Below are positions 8,545-18,630 of a stretch of 64,000 nucleotides of DNA, one piece after another. The stretch lies in the IMG/VR virus record IMGVR_UViG_2548877036_000005, positions 1 to 64,000 of that record; one strand, written 5' to 3'. Both the position numbers and the translations under genes were made by a program. Position 1 is the stretch's first letter, and every line of letters begins with the position of its first letter. This DNA comes from a virus. Its lineage: Duplodnaviria > Caudoviricetes. The notes under the pieces are model-generated. The model worked only from the letters and a program-made list of their open reading frames with translations. It did no database searches and was not told the DNA's origin.

Positions 8545-8739
8545 ATGCTTGGACCTAACGCCCTTAAGGCGGCGACGGATCTGGCCAGTGCCATGGGGGA
8601 TTTTCCGGACGACACGCGGGGCGAGGAAATTACACCGATAGTCCTAACCCAGATCGCTATCACGCTAGCCCAGATTTTAGATGTGCTGTCTGAGCATTTG
8701 TCTAAGGAATACGACGATTCCACGGCACCTAAGGATTAA
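8545..8739 (+). CDS. Hypothetical protein
   Basis: GAGAGG RBS before ATG 8545, preferred over GTG 8380. Confidence 0.55.
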   Translation: MLGPNALKAATDLASAMGDFPDDTRGEEITPIVLTQIAITLAQILDVLSEHLSKEYDDSTAPKD

Positions 8740-8742
8740 TTC

Positions 8743-9651
8743 TTGTCCGAGAAGGTAACCATCTCCGCGACTATCCCTGTTGCCCAGTACGGGAATATCC
8801 AGCCTACGTTTGAGACTGAGGGGGAGACGCATGAAGCGGCGATGGAGTTGGCGTTGCAGCGCATCAAAGATGTGTGGGACCGTACCGCGCCGAAGTCTTT
8901 GGAGGTCCGCAAGATAGATACCCCTCGCCTCATTTTCGGGGAGGAGTTGAGGTGCTGGGCTTCCGGTACACGTGTCACGTTCGATGAAGTTTCGCATGTG
9001 TATTCGACGGGCGATGGACGGAAATGGCTTTCAGGTTCCACGTTCGCGGGCCGATACAAGTCGGATTTCAATGCTCCTCTGGTTGCGGGGAAGATGGCCT
9101 CCAAGTATGAGGTGGATGCCGCCGAAATCATTGAAATGTGGGAGTTGAACAATAGTGCTTCACAAACGGTGGGTACGGCTGTGCATAAGGCGTTGCAGTT
9201 GCGTGGCGAGTATGGGGATTTGTCGCGTGCTGTGAAGGATGGCACGCTTGAGTCGGCGCTGTCTAAGAATGAGATTCTGCGACCTATTGTGGAGTCGTTT
9301 TTTGAGTCCCGTGAGCATGAAAATGCCGCCTATGAGGTGTTTGTGGCTGATCCGGTGCGGGCGCATTGCGGGTTTATTGACCGCCTTGTCATTGAGGATG
9401 ACGGGGTGTGGGTTGAGGACTACAAAACTAACGCTGATTTGTTGAAGAAAGAGACCATCAAGGTTCCGTTTAAGGATTTGGTTTCTAACGACAAGTTGGG
9501 GGCGTACTGGTTGCAGTTGTCCTTTTATTCTCGGATTCTGATTGCCCATGGCTACACGGTTAAGGGTTTACGTATTCATCATTGGGTGGATGGTGCCTGG
9601 AAGACTTATGAGCATGGGGTTATTGATCTTGATGCGGCTTTTGCGCGTTAG
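8743..9651 (+). CDS. PD-(D/E)XK exonuclease (RecE/Cas4-like)
   Basis: GTAVHKAL, GFIDRL, EDYKT, YWLQLSFY motifs. Confidence 0.85.
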   Translation: MSEKVTISATIPVAQYGNIQPTFETEGETHEAAMELALQRIKDVWDRTAPKSLEVRKIDTPRLIFGEELRCWASGTRVTFDEVSHVYSTGDGRKWLSGSTFAGRYKSDFNAPLVAGKMASKYEVDAAEIIEMWELNNSASQTVGTAVHKALQLRGEYGDLSRAVKDGTLESALSKNEILRPIVESFFESREHENAAYEVFVADPVRAHCGFIDRLVIEDDGVWVEDYKTNADLLKKETIKVPFKDLVSNDKLGAYWLQLSFYSRILIAHGYTVKGLRIHHWVDGAWKTYEHGVIDLDAAFAR

Positions 9652-9656
9652 GGGGA

Positions 9657-10064
9657 GTGATGGCTGAAGGTTTGATTCCGTTTTCTCGGGTGATTGAGCG
9701 TGTCCGGAAGTTGGCGAGTGATGAACCCGACCGGATCGGGGCGTCCCAGTACTTTAACGATGAAGACGCATGTCCGGAGGATATCTTCGGGATCGTTTTA
9801 GAAGAGTTAGGCGCAACTTTCGAGCCGGACGACATGGGGGGAAATATCTGGGGTAAGCGGCGCGAAAATGGAACGTATCCCTTTATCGGACGATCTAATC
9901 GTTGGCCCCAAGACCTACATTGGGAGGAACTGGGGGTATCTGAGCCGACTGAAGATGAATCTGCATGGGTTAAGGCCGTCGCTTGGGAGCAGGACGAGAT
10001 AGCTTGGGGTTTCGCTGTCGGTTCTGTTGATGAGGATTTTAAACGTCGGGGGATCACTGTATGA
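9657..10064 (+). CDS. Hypothetical protein
   Basis: Operon-coupled ORF with RBS. Confidence 0.6.
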   Translation: MMAEGLIPFSRVIERVRKLASDEPDRIGASQYFNDEDACPEDIFGIVLEELGATFEPDDMGGNIWGKRRENGTYPFIGRSNRWPQDLHWEELGVSEPTEDESAWVKAVAWEQDEIAWGFAVGSVDEDFKRRGITV

Positions 10065-10714
10065 CAGTGGCCGTTAACCGCGAAGATCTTTTCAAACGTT
10101 TGAGGGAACCGTTCCCCGATAATCAGGTTGGGAAACTTCCCAAGCCCTATAAAAAGGATTCCCCTAAGGGTAAGTGCGGGGAATGCGGCGGCTATCACGG
10201 TCTTCCTGCGGTGCATCTTGATTATGTGGGGCACGCGGCGCTGACTGATCGGCTGTTGGAGGTTGATCCGGAGTGGACGTGGACACCGATGGCGCTTGAT
10301 GAGCACGGTGCCCCGAAATTGGATCAGCATGGCGGTATGTGGATAAACCTGACGGTGCTTGGTGTGACGCGGCCCGGCTACGGGGATGCACAGGGCAAGT
10401 CGGGCGGGAACGCGGTTAAAGAGGCTATCGGTGACGCCCTGCGTAATGCGGGGATGCGGTTCGGTCTGGCGCTGGATTTGTGGCATAAGGGTGATCTACA
10501 TGAGCAGGAAGAGGGGCGCGGTGCACCTCCGGATGAGCGGGAGTTGGCTCGCCAGGAGTTGATTGAGCTGGCTAGGGAGAAAGGCTGGGGGATGGCGGAT
10601 GTTGCTGCCAGGTACGAGTCTGACAATGACCATAAATTGAGGGACGCGACCGTGGACGAGTTTAAGGCGTATACGGCGATGCTGAGGTCGGGGGCTGTGA
10701 CCGTTGGCGGATGA
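10061..10714 (+). CDS. Rad52/Sak-like ssDNA annealing protein
   Basis: LDYVGHAALTDRL...LTVLGVTR.GYG...KEAIGDALRNAGMRFGLALDLW. Confidence 0.8.
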   Translation: MTVAVNREDLFKRLREPFPDNQVGKLPKPYKKDSPKGKCGECGGYHGLPAVHLDYVGHAALTDRLLEVDPEWTWTPMALDEHGAPKLDQHGGMWINLTVLGVTRPGYGDAQGKSGGNAVKEAIGDALRNAGMRFGLALDLWHKGDLHEQEEGRGAPPDERELARQELIELAREKGWGMADVAARYESDNDHKLRDATVDEFKAYTAMLRSGAVTVGG

Positions 10715-11066
10715 GGCGCCGGAGGATTGGTCTACTCCTGTCGGTATTGAGCGGGTCATCCGGGACACTGCGGCCAGGTTGGAGAAGTCGGCCCACATTA
10801 TGTATGACTTGCAGCGTGCAGCCCAAGAGGCCGATTTGGCCTTTGATAAGGCGTTTGCGCTGGCGGCTAATGAGGCCACGGGGTCACAGGAACAACGTAA
10901 GCGTGACGCGCTGATTGCGACGGAGGCTTTGCGTGACGCCCGTGATATTGCGGAGGCTCAGTATCAGCGGGGTAAGGCTTTAGCGAGGGCGTTGGAGCAC
11001 AAGTTGGAGGCTGCGCGTTCGGCGGGAGCTTCTGTGCGCGGCGCATACCAGAATGTGGGCAGATGA
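10704..11066 (+). CDS. Coiled-coil hypothetical protein
   Basis: Ala/Glu/Arg-rich helical sequence downstream of the annealase. Confidence 0.6.
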   Translation: MADEAPEDWSTPVGIERVIRDTAARLEKSAHIMYDLQRAAQEADLAFDKAFALAANEATGSQEQRKRDALIATEALRDARDIAEAQYQRGKALARALEHKLEAARSAGASVRGAYQNVGR

Positions 11067-11190
11067 GCCGGTATAAGGATGAGGCTTTGGCCGATTACAA
11101 CTATTATTGGCGTGATTGTGTTGTGTATTGGTCGCCGTTTGAGGGTGTGTTTGTTCGGGATTTCAGGTATTGGTTTTCAGAGGTGATTGA

Positions 11191-11448
11191 ATGAATGACT
11201 TTGTTTTACCCGAGCTCAATCATGGCTACGAGTGGACTTTCGAGCTGTCCGATGATGCAACAAGATTGAAGCTAGCTGTCAGCGACGGTTACGAAGACCT
11301 GTTTTGCAAATGGGTTTACCTGTCTGGCCACCCCCTTTCTGATGCCTCACTCCTTGTGTCAGAGGCGCATGCGCTCCAGAGTAGGCAGCACGCCTTTGTA
11401 GAGTTAGCCGAATTGCTGCAACGTCAACCTCATCCCGAAAAGATTTAG
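11191..11448 (+). CDS. Hypothetical protein
   Basis: GAGG RBS, coupled. Confidence 0.55.
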   Translation: MNDFVLPELNHGYEWTFELSDDATRLKLAVSDGYEDLFCKWVYLSGHPLSDASLLVSEAHALQSRQHAFVELAELLQRQPHPEKI

Positions 11449-11774
11449 TGGCAGAGGATATAGGACATCTGGATTTCGAACACACAATCACTTGTGAAGG
11501 CATATTAGGTGACGAGCAGTGTGAACACCCTGCCGAATACAAGTTTCTGATTCACGAGTTGGATCAGTGCACAGCTAACCCTAAAGAGATGCGGGTTTTG
11601 TTGTTGTGTGGCTGGTGTGCGTCGAAACGGTGGATGGATGTCAAAACCTTGTATTCGGGGTACGCGAAGGTGTGGCCTCATTGGATTCGTCGTTGCAGTA
11701 CATGCGGCCTGATTATTAACGATATTAAGGTTCTTGCTCAGTATCAGGAGTTGCCGAAAACGGGGGATGAGTGA
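11448..11774 (+). CDS. Cys-rich hypothetical protein
   Basis: CxxC pairs; coupled. Confidence 0.55.
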   Translation: MAEDIGHLDFEHTITCEGILGDEQCEHPAEYKFLIHELDQCTANPKEMRVLLLCGWCASKRWMDVKTLYSGYAKVWPHWIRRCSTCGLIINDIKVLAQYQELPKTGDE

Positions 11775-12121
11775 GTGCGGAGTTCACTGCTAAAGCTTTG
11801 GAGTTGATGCAGGCCCGTTGTGGCGGTGACTGTGAAGTGATGTGGCCTGGTGTGTGTGGCGGTGGAGTGCTGCAATTCCACCATCGGAGGACTCGGGGCA
11901 TGGGTGGTACTAAGCGCCTGTCTTCTAAGCATGCGTCGAATGGGCTGGCTGCTTGTCTGTGGTGTCACGGGCATCTGGAGCACGGCGAGCGGTTAGAGGC
12001 CCGTGAATTCGGGTTTTTGGTGTCGCAGTCTGCGGAACCGGCGAAGGTTCCCGTGTTCTACCGATTTTCGCGGTGGGTTCTGTTATCCGATGATGGGACG
12101 GTCGAGTCTTGGCTTTCTTGA
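11771..12121 (+). CDS. HNH-like endonuclease
   Basis: RCGG.CE...HHRR.RGMGG...SN...CLWCH. Confidence 0.75.
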   Translation: MSAEFTAKALELMQARCGGDCEVMWPGVCGGGVLQFHHRRTRGMGGTKRLSSKHASNGLAACLWCHGHLEHGERLEAREFGFLVSQSAEPAKVPVFYRFSRWVLLSDDGTVESWLS

Positions 12122-12357
12122 TTACTTTTTGGCTGGTGTTGTCAGCGTTTATCACGCTGCCGATCTTTATCAATTTTTGGTTGATCACTGAGGATTGGTG
12201 GGATGGTGTGGCGGCTCGGAGTGAAACGTTGGCGTGCACGATGTTTGTGGCGTCTTTGCTGCCGGTATTTGTGGGCATTATGGCGGTTTGGCCTTTCATT
12301 ATTGGTCGCAAGATTCTGACGGAATTACGGGAGTCCAGTGTTCAAAAAGGGCGATGA
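12109..12357 (+). CDS. Small membrane protein
   Basis: Two hydrophobic segments. Confidence 0.55.
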   Translation: MAFLITFWLVLSAFITLPIFINFWLITEDWWDGVAARSETLACTMFVASLLPVFVGIMAVWPFIIGRKILTELRESSVQKGR

Positions 12358-12538
12358 CGTAATAGTTGAATTTGAGGGTGTTGAGCATGTGGGTGAGGTT
12401 ATCGCGGAGGAACGTGGCTGGGTCCGGGCAACTATTTTGATTGATCCTGAGCTTGATTATGGCTCGGGTACGGAACGGTTAGCCCCCACTCAGACGGTAA
12501 TGGTTCGGACTGGTTTTGTGGAGCATAGAAATGCGTAA
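12338..12538 (+). CDS. Small SH3-like hypothetical protein
   Basis: FKKGDDVIVEFEG.EH.GEV pattern. Confidence 0.6.
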   Translation: MFKKGDDVIVEFEGVEHVGEVIAEERGWVRATILIDPELDYGSGTERLAPTQTVMVRTGFVEHRNA

Positions 12539-12700
12539 TTTACCTCGTCTCGGTGAGATCATGTATGCCGACTCCAGCGGCTCTAAGCCGGTAAAGATTG
12601 TTCATGCTGACGGCTATCTGGTGTGGTATGTGCCCGCCGGGACTGAAGTCCGCGTAACCAATAAGGGTAATCTATACGACTCTAACGGCGGTAGCCCCTA

Positions 12701-13102
12701 TTGGGAGTAGTCGATTCCGCTGAGCTGGTGGGGCGGATAGTTCCGGATTCGCAGCCTCTATCTATTCGCCGTGAACTGGAATGGATAGTTAAGGAACTTC
12801 TCGGCCAGGATATCTGCCCGGATGATATTTCTGAGGGTTTGCGTTTGTGGCTTGTTTCTCCGTATGCGCCGTCGTCTCTTCCAAAGTTTGTGTCTCAGGT
12901 TCAGCGTGAGGGGTCTGGATCTCGGATTAACGCTTTGAGGCAGGCGTGGGTTGATGGGGATGTTTCTCGTTTGAAGCCGTTTGGTTTGTGGTTTACGCCG
13001 GGGCCTGCTTCGGGTGTGGCGGATAAGGATTTGGCGGCTTTCCGTAAAGCGGAGAAACGCGAGTGGATTGAGGGGATTGTTCGTGAAGCTGGAACCAACT
13101 GA
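12701..13102 (+). CDS. Hypothetical protein (possibly replication related)
   Basis: Coupled ORF upstream of DnaB; PSSLP helical motif. Confidence 0.5.
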   Translation: MGVVDSAELVGRIVPDSQPLSIRRELEWIVKELLGQDICPDDISEGLRLWLVSPYAPSSLPKFVSQVQREGSGSRINALRQAWVDGDVSRLKPFGLWFTPGPASGVADKDLAAFRKAEKREWIEGIVREAGTN

Positions 13103-14372
13103 AGCGCAGCGGAAAGCGATGGCTGAAGTAGGCGCAAGCGGCCCAACCGCAGGCTGGAGTGATCGTGTCAACGATTGGTTTCCCGTAGTTCATCGCATGA
13201 TCGCTGCCGCTAACAGCATCCCTGAGGGGCCACCTGTTGGCACCATCGCACGACGACCAGACGGGGAGTGGATCGCGGTTCGGCGCGAGAGGCACTGGGG
13301 TTACCGCTGGCTCAAGGGAGGCGGTGTGCTGAGCGGGCCTCCGCCGAATCCCCGTGACGCCGACTCTTGGCCTGTCATCTACGACCCGGACGAGTACCAC
13401 GAAGGTGATAATCCGCGACTTGAGCGGCTGATGCGGGAACCGTCTGTGTTCGACGGTGACGAGGACGAAGTTGAGGAACTAGCCAAGTGGTTATCCATCC
13501 ACATTGGAACGTGGCCAGAAGATGAGTGGGAGTTGAGGTCTAAGCCCAACTACTACCATGACCGCGCTCAACAGCTATTGGATTTTGGGTATCGGAAGGT
13601 GTCCGACCCGGAAACGGGTCTGCATTGGTTCAAGCCTGGTGAGGAGCCGCTTGTGCCCCGACCCGACCCTGGCTCGAAGGACGCTGGCGACTGGATAAAG
13701 GCTCAAGTGGTGCACAGTGGCGGCAGTCTCTGGCGCAGGGACGGCTACATGTGGCGCGGCGTTGGACACACAGGAGGGCGCAGCCCACTCCCTAGCCTTG
13801 CAAGACCGGGCGTTGCAGTGACGGTTGTAATAGATGATGACGGCGAGCTGGTCTCCGATCTATCCAAACTAGCGTGTATCGACGGCGATGTTGAGGAACT
13901 GCTTGCAGAGCATGGGCTTCTACCTGACCCAACAGCACAACAGGAACCGGCGACTACGCATCCCGTATCTCCCGAGAGTACGAATTGCGTACCCAAGCCC
14001 CGCACACCCCGTGTCGTTAACTGTCTAGGGGTAGACGAGCAGGGATCGCGTTGGCGGAACCGCTGCGGTGAAGTCCACGAGTTTAGGGACGGGTGCTGGA
14101 AGTACAAAGATGGAAGGCGCTGGTTCCCAAGTTCGCTCTCATTCCCCGAGTACACCGAAATCGTTGGGCCTCGTGTACTTCCGAGCCTGGATTGTGAAGA
14201 CGCACGAGACGGCACAGTGTGGGAAGAGCCTGAGGGTTGGCGATTCTGGTTTAACGGCGGTTGGCGTACCGATAATGGTTTAACAGGCATGGACTTTGAG
14301 CTGCACGAACCAGGTCTCCTCGATTTGGCCCCCCATCGTTATACCGAGGTATTGCCAGATGTGGCCTCCTGA
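13083..14372 (+). CDS. Mosaic hypothetical protein with tandem Trp-rich repeats
   Basis: GAGGGG RBS, GTG 13083; two PRV..L..D..G..W...YTE units at C-terminus. Confidence 0.6.
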   Translation: MKLEPTEAQRKAMAEVGASGPTAGWSDRVNDWFPVVHRMIAAANSIPEGPPVGTIARRPDGEWIAVRRERHWGYRWLKGGGVLSGPPPNPRDADSWPVIYDPDEYHEGDNPRLERLMREPSVFDGDEDEVEELAKWLSIHIGTWPEDEWELRSKPNYYHDRAQQLLDFGYRKVSDPETGLHWFKPGEEPLVPRPDPGSKDAGDWIKAQVVHSGGSLWRRDGYMWRGVGHTGGRSPLPSLARPGVAVTVVIDDDGELVSDLSKLACIDGDVEELLAEHGLLPDPTAQQEPATTHPVSPESTNCVPKPRTPRVVNCLGVDEQGSRWRNRCGEVHEFRDGCWKYKDGRRWFPSSLSFPEYTEIVGPRVLPSLDCEDARDGTVWEEPEGWRFWFNGGWRTDNGLTGMDFELHEPGLLDLAPHRYTEVLPDVAS

Positions 14373-14477
14373 AATTCCCGAAGGCCCCGCTGTACCAGAC
14401 TGGTATTGGGCGGAAGACCACATTTGCGCAATTGTTGGCGAGCAGGTCCCGGAATGTACTTCTTGTAAGGATTAACA

Positions 14478-15761
14478 TTGGGTGATGGGGAGTATGGTCC
14501 GCAGCCCCCTAATAGTGAGCAAGCCGAGCAGTCCGTTTTAGGGGCGATGCTTCTTTCCAAGTCAGCTATCGCTGAGGTTGTGGACAAGATTGCAGGTAAG
14601 GATTTTTACCGCCCGAATCACCAATTGATTTTCGACACCATTGTTTCTATGTGGACGGCGGGGGAGCCGGTTGACCCGGTAACTGTGAGCCATGCCCTGG
14701 ACGAAATCGGGCAGCTGTCTAGGGTTGGCGCCCCGTATTTGTTGACGTTGTATCAGACATGTCCTACAGCGGCGAATGTCGGCTACTACTCCAACATTAT
14801 CGTTGAGAAGTCGAAACTTCGGAAGGTGATTGAGGCCGGTACACGACTAGTCCAGTTCGGCTATGCGGGCGAGGCGGGCACGGATGTGGATGAGATCGTT
14901 AGTAGGGCCGAACGGGAACTTAGGGGGCTAACCGAGCCCTCTAAGGACGGCTTGTGGTTCGCGGGAATGCTAGACGATTTCCGAACCGCAGACCAGTTCC
15001 AGCCCATCCCAACGCCGTGGGGGTCCATCAACAAGGTCCTGAATGGCGGTTTGCGGCGCGGAAAAGTGTGTGCAATAGGTGGGCGTCCGGGGTTCGGGAA
15101 AAGCGCTTTTGCGTTGAATATAGCGGCCAATTCTGCGGAACATAAGTATAGAACCGCTGTTATCTCCATGGAGATGCCTCACCGGGAAGTAACTAGGCGA
15201 ATTTTGGCGGCGGGGGCGGGCGTGCAGTTCTCCAGGCTGATCACTGGCAGGTTGGACTTAGATGATGTTCGCCTGATAGCGGAGTATGAGGATTCTCATC
15301 GGGATATGCCGCTGTATGTGAATGATCGGCCTGAGCAGACGGTTGAGCAGATTGTTGCGGATTGTCGGGCTAATGGGCCGTTTGACCTGATTATTGTTGA
15401 TTATCTGCAAATGGTGCGGGGTACTGATTTGCGTGTATCTAAGCGGGATCAGGTGAACCATATTTCTCGTGCGTTGAAGATAGCGGCGAGGGAGCTGGAT
15501 GCGGCAATTGTTGCCCCCGTGCAGTTGAATCGCGGCCCGGTTGATGCGAGAACGGGAAAGATGCGGGCTCCTGTGGAAACCGATATTGGCGAGGCCGATG
15601 GCATCAGCAGAGATTCTGATGTGGTGTTGCTGCTACATCAGGACGAAAACGACCCCGATTTCACGAATGTGATTTTCGCGAAGCATCGCGACGGCGCCCG
15701 CCCGAATGTTCCGCTTCGTTTCGATAAACATATACAGAGAGTGACGCAGAAGGCAACATGA
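14478..15761 (+). CDS. dnaB: DnaB-like replicative helicase
   Basis: PP...AEQSVLGAML N-domain, GRPGFGKS, SMEM, IVDYLQ, QLNR, KHRDG. Confidence 0.95.
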   Translation: MGDGEYGPQPPNSEQAEQSVLGAMLLSKSAIAEVVDKIAGKDFYRPNHQLIFDTIVSMWTAGEPVDPVTVSHALDEIGQLSRVGAPYLLTLYQTCPTAANVGYYSNIIVEKSKLRKVIEAGTRLVQFGYAGEAGTDVDEIVSRAERELRGLTEPSKDGLWFAGMLDDFRTADQFQPIPTPWGSINKVLNGGLRRGKVCAIGGRPGFGKSAFALNIAANSAEHKYRTAVISMEMPHREVTRRILAAGAGVQFSRLITGRLDLDDVRLIAEYEDSHRDMPLYVNDRPEQTVEQIVADCRANGPFDLIIVDYLQMVRGTDLRVSKRDQVNHISRALKIAARELDAAIVAPVQLNRGPVDARTGKMRAPVETDIGEADGISRDSDVVLLLHQDENDPDFTNVIFAKHRDGARPNVPLRFDKHIQRVTQKAT

Positions 15762-15876
15762 ACTTTCAGCAGGATATTGATACAGATAATCGTTGTATCA
15801 GGAGTGATCTGATTTGTTCTCAGTGTGCTCATTGTCGCGGGGTTGAGCTTGATTTTGATCCTTCGGCGTTGGCCGA

Positions 15877-16149
15877 GTGACTGATTATGCGGATGAGCGT
15901 AAATATTCCAGGTTGATGCGGGACGCGGACGGGCATTGGTCTGAGCGTGGTTCTTGTCAGGGGGATGGCCGTTTCACGTTGCCTTTGGATTGGCTTGATT
16001 CGGCAGAGTTGAAGGAGATGCAGTCTGTTTGTTTGGGCTGCGATGTTTTCGAAAATTGCTTTGATTGGGCTAAGTGGTACGGCGACCATGTTTTCGCCGC
16101 CGGAGAGTATTGGGAGCGGGCATGGCCGGAATCGGATTCGCATCAGTAG
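15877..16149 (+). CDS. WhiB-like protein
   Basis: W...GSC...VCLGCDVFENC four-Cys spacing; degenerate GVWGG. Confidence 0.55.
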   Translation: MTDYADERKYSRLMRDADGHWSERGSCQGDGRFTLPLDWLDSAELKEMQSVCLGCDVFENCFDWAKWYGDHVFAAGEYWERAWPESDSHQ

Positions 16150-16439
16150 ATACTGATGTTTCCAGTTTAGTGAATGCGGCATTCAATGAGCTGGATTGCA
16201 CGAGTTGCCGCAAGCACGAGGTTCCTTGTGGGGGTGCTGTAGCGGCGTACTCCTTGGGCCATGCGTGTCCAGTGAGGAACAACGATGGTCCCCGCTGCGA
16301 GGCCCATTACAAATACTTTTTAGACGTTCTATCGCCACGTTGGCGTGAGATAATCGGCGTCCATGGGCACATCCACTGTGCCCAGTGCGGGCGGGCGTTT
16401 CCCGGCATTGATGAGTTCTGTAAGACGGTCCCGCTGTGA
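16122..16439 (+). CDS. Cys-rich hypothetical protein
   Basis: Multiple CxxC. Confidence 0.5.
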   Translation: MAGIGFASVDTDVSSLVNAAFNELDCTSCRKHEVPCGGAVAAYSLGHACPVRNNDGPRCEAHYKYFLDVLSPRWREIIGVHGHIHCAQCGRAFPGIDEFCKTVPL

Positions 16440-16581
16440 TTATCGATGACTACTTTTTCGGGGAATCCCCGGCTGTCGGCTGGTGGTGTGTTTACCCGAC
16501 ACAGCGGGCGGCAGTGGCCGCGTATTTCGGGAAATCTGTTGACGATCTGATTAAATCTTTGGGCTTATAGGGGCTATAAAA

Positions 16582-16770
16582 ATGATCAAGCTTGGTATAG
16601 GTCTGCTGGCCGTGGCTGTACTTGCCTCCGGTTGCGTAACTGCTGGCGGCGTGACCGGGGATGAACAATTTATGGTGAAGGTTGTTCATGTGGGTAACCG
16701 TGATGTGCCGTGTGTGGTTTGGATTAGTCCGGGCGCGAAGGCGTCTGGTATGCAATGTGACTTCCGGTGA
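16582..16770 (+). CDS. Small lipoprotein
   Basis: Signal peptide with LASGC lipobox. Confidence 0.6.
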   Translation: MIKLGIGLLAVAVLASGCVTAGGVTGDEQFMVKVVHVGNRDVPCVVWISPGAKASGMQCDFR

Positions 16771-16979
16771 GTTTCGTGGCGTGTTCACCCCGCCACCACC
16801 ACTGCTCACCATCACATTCACGCCTCGTCTCTGATTACAGGCTGGAGCGTGAACGTCAAATGGTGGCTTTGGAGTCTGTTACTGGCGGTTATGTGGGTGA
16901 TTACCGGTTTTGGCGGGATCAGGGCGGGCGTCTGATCGATTTCCGCGACTGGCTGAAATTTAGCAAGAGGACAGTATGA
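16767..16979 (+). CDS. Hypothetical protein
   Basis: GTGA/ATGA coupling. Confidence 0.55.
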   Translation: MSFVACSPRHHHCSPSHSRLVSDYRLERERQMVALESVTGGYVGDYRFWRDQGGRLIDFRDWLKFSKRTV

Positions 16980-17890
16980 CGATTTTGACCTGCATGAGGG
17001 GATACGTTGCGAGTGGGAAGTCGTCCCGTGCCCGTGAAATTGCAGAGGAGACGGGCGCGGTTGTCGTCAATAGGGATTTGTTGCGTCTTCAGCTTCTCGG
17101 CACCTACTGGACCGGCGACCAGGACGATGAGTGGCGGGTGACTGTAGCTGAGGAAGCCCAGGTGTTGGCGTTGATGCAGGCCGATATCCCGGTTGTTGTG
17201 GACGCTACTCACCTGATGCCGTCGTATCTACGGAAGTGGGCTCGCTGGGCTACCCGTTACGGCTGGGACTTCGCCGTCGAGGACGTGAAGACCCCGATGG
17301 ATGTGTGTTTGGAGCGGTTGCGGCGCCGGAACCTCGAATCGGATCGGATCATTGAGGCTTCTGTCCTGTTTAATCAGGCTAAGCGGTACCCGATTAATCG
17401 TTGGCCGGTGATTGAGAAGCGGAAATTTAATCCGGTACCAGTGGAGCGCGACAATGCTCTACCGAAGGCGGTCATTGTTGATATAGATGGCACCTTGGCC
17501 GAAAAATGCGACCGGAGCCCTTATGACTACACCAGGGTAGGCGAAGACCGTTTACACTGGGACGTGACCTGGCTGGTGGATTTACTGGCACTGGATGACT
17601 ACCACGTGCTCATTGTTTCAGGCCGGGATGATACATGCCGCGTAGATACCATAAATTGGCTGGATGACAACGGCGTCCCTTACGACCACCTGTTCATGCG
17701 GGACACCGTGGCGGATGTTGACGTGTTCGGCGGAAAACTACCGGATTACGAAGTCAAGTATCGACTGTTCAATTGGCATATCCGAAATAAATGGTGTGTC
17801 CATTATGTGATTGATGATCGCCGCCAGGTTATCGATATGTGGCGAGGCATCGGTCTACGGGTACTTGATGTAGCTGGAAATAACTTTTAG
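16976..17890 (+). CDS. Polynucleotide 5'-kinase/3'-phosphatase (T4 PseT/Pnkp-like)
   Basis: GYVASGKS P-loop, NRD..R, HAD DIDGT, SGR, DDRRQV. Confidence 0.92.
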   Translation: MTILTCMRGYVASGKSSRAREIAEETGAVVVNRDLLRLQLLGTYWTGDQDDEWRVTVAEEAQVLALMQADIPVVVDATHLMPSYLRKWARWATRYGWDFAVEDVKTPMDVCLERLRRRNLESDRIIEASVLFNQAKRYPINRWPVIEKRKFNPVPVERDNALPKAVIVDIDGTLAEKCDRSPYDYTRVGEDRLHWDVTWLVDLLALDDYHVLIVSGRDDTCRVDTINWLDDNGVPYDHLFMRDTVADVDVFGGKLPDYEVKYRLFNWHIRNKWCVHYVIDDRRQVIDMWRGIGLRVLDVAGNNF

Positions 17891-18052
17891 GGGAATTAAA
17901 TGAGTGGATTAAGCATATTTGGTAACTGGATTGCGGGCGCGGGGTTCGGAATCTGTCTAGTTGGGTTGGTATCGGGCACGACCCTGGCCATGAGTTCTTT
18001 GGGGTTTGGTTTGGCAACGCTTGGGCTTTTGTGCGTAGTGGTGGGATGATTT

Positions 18053-18235
18053 ATGCCTAAAAGTTTGAAGGATAAGCACAGGAACCGGTTGTGGTGGGAT
18101 GCGGATGGTTCACTCTGGTTGTTCGATGCAGTCCAGAAAAGATGGAATGTGCTCTTGGAGTCATTCGGTGGCCATGACATTGTATTTGAATGCCCCGATG
18201 AAATGTGGGGGCCGTACCGCGAGGCCAAGAATTAA
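18053..18235 (+). CDS. Hypothetical protein
   Basis: Operon ORF. Confidence 0.5.
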   Translation: MPKSLKDKHRNRLWWDADGSLWLFDAVQKRWNVLLESFGGHDIVFECPDEMWGPYREAKN

Positions 18236-18238
18236 GTA

Positions 18239-18616
18239 ATGGGCCGGAGTAGAGCATCGGCTAAACAGGCTGGAACAGCGTTCGAAACCGCAATCGCGAA
18301 ATATCTTGCCGAGACGCTAGACGATGACCGTATAGAGCGTAGAGCACGGTCGGGCGCCCAGGATAGGGGCGATATTGGCGGTGTGCGTGTTCATGGTCAG
18401 AGACTTGTTATAGAAGCCAAGGATTACGGCGGGCAAATCAAGGCTGCCGAGTGGACCAGAGAAGCCCAAATTGAGATGGGCAACGATGGCGCGCTAGCGG
18501 GGGTTGTGGTGGCTAAGCGTCGGGGTACTCGTGACCCTGGGGCTCAGTGGGTATTGATGACCGTCAACGATTTAGTTGCATTCCTGTCTGGAAGTAGGCC
18601 AGATAGCGACCTGTAA
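18239..18616 (+). CDS. Holliday junction resolvase-like PD-(D/E)XK nuclease
   Basis: K..GTAFE...DRGDI...IEAK. Confidence 0.8.
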   Translation: MGRSRASAKQAGTAFETAIAKYLAETLDDDRIERRARSGAQDRGDIGGVRVHGQRLVIEAKDYGGQIKAAEWTREAQIEMGNDGALAGVVVAKRRGTRDPGAQWVLMTVNDLVAFLSGSRPDSDL

Positions 18617-18630
18617 ATGGGGATTATTTT

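Noticed and set aside
9620-10486. 288-aa minus-strand ORF and other long antisense ORFs (22990-23688, 42698-43375, 47362-48114, 53486-54238)
   Set aside because: Shadows of well-supported + strand genes
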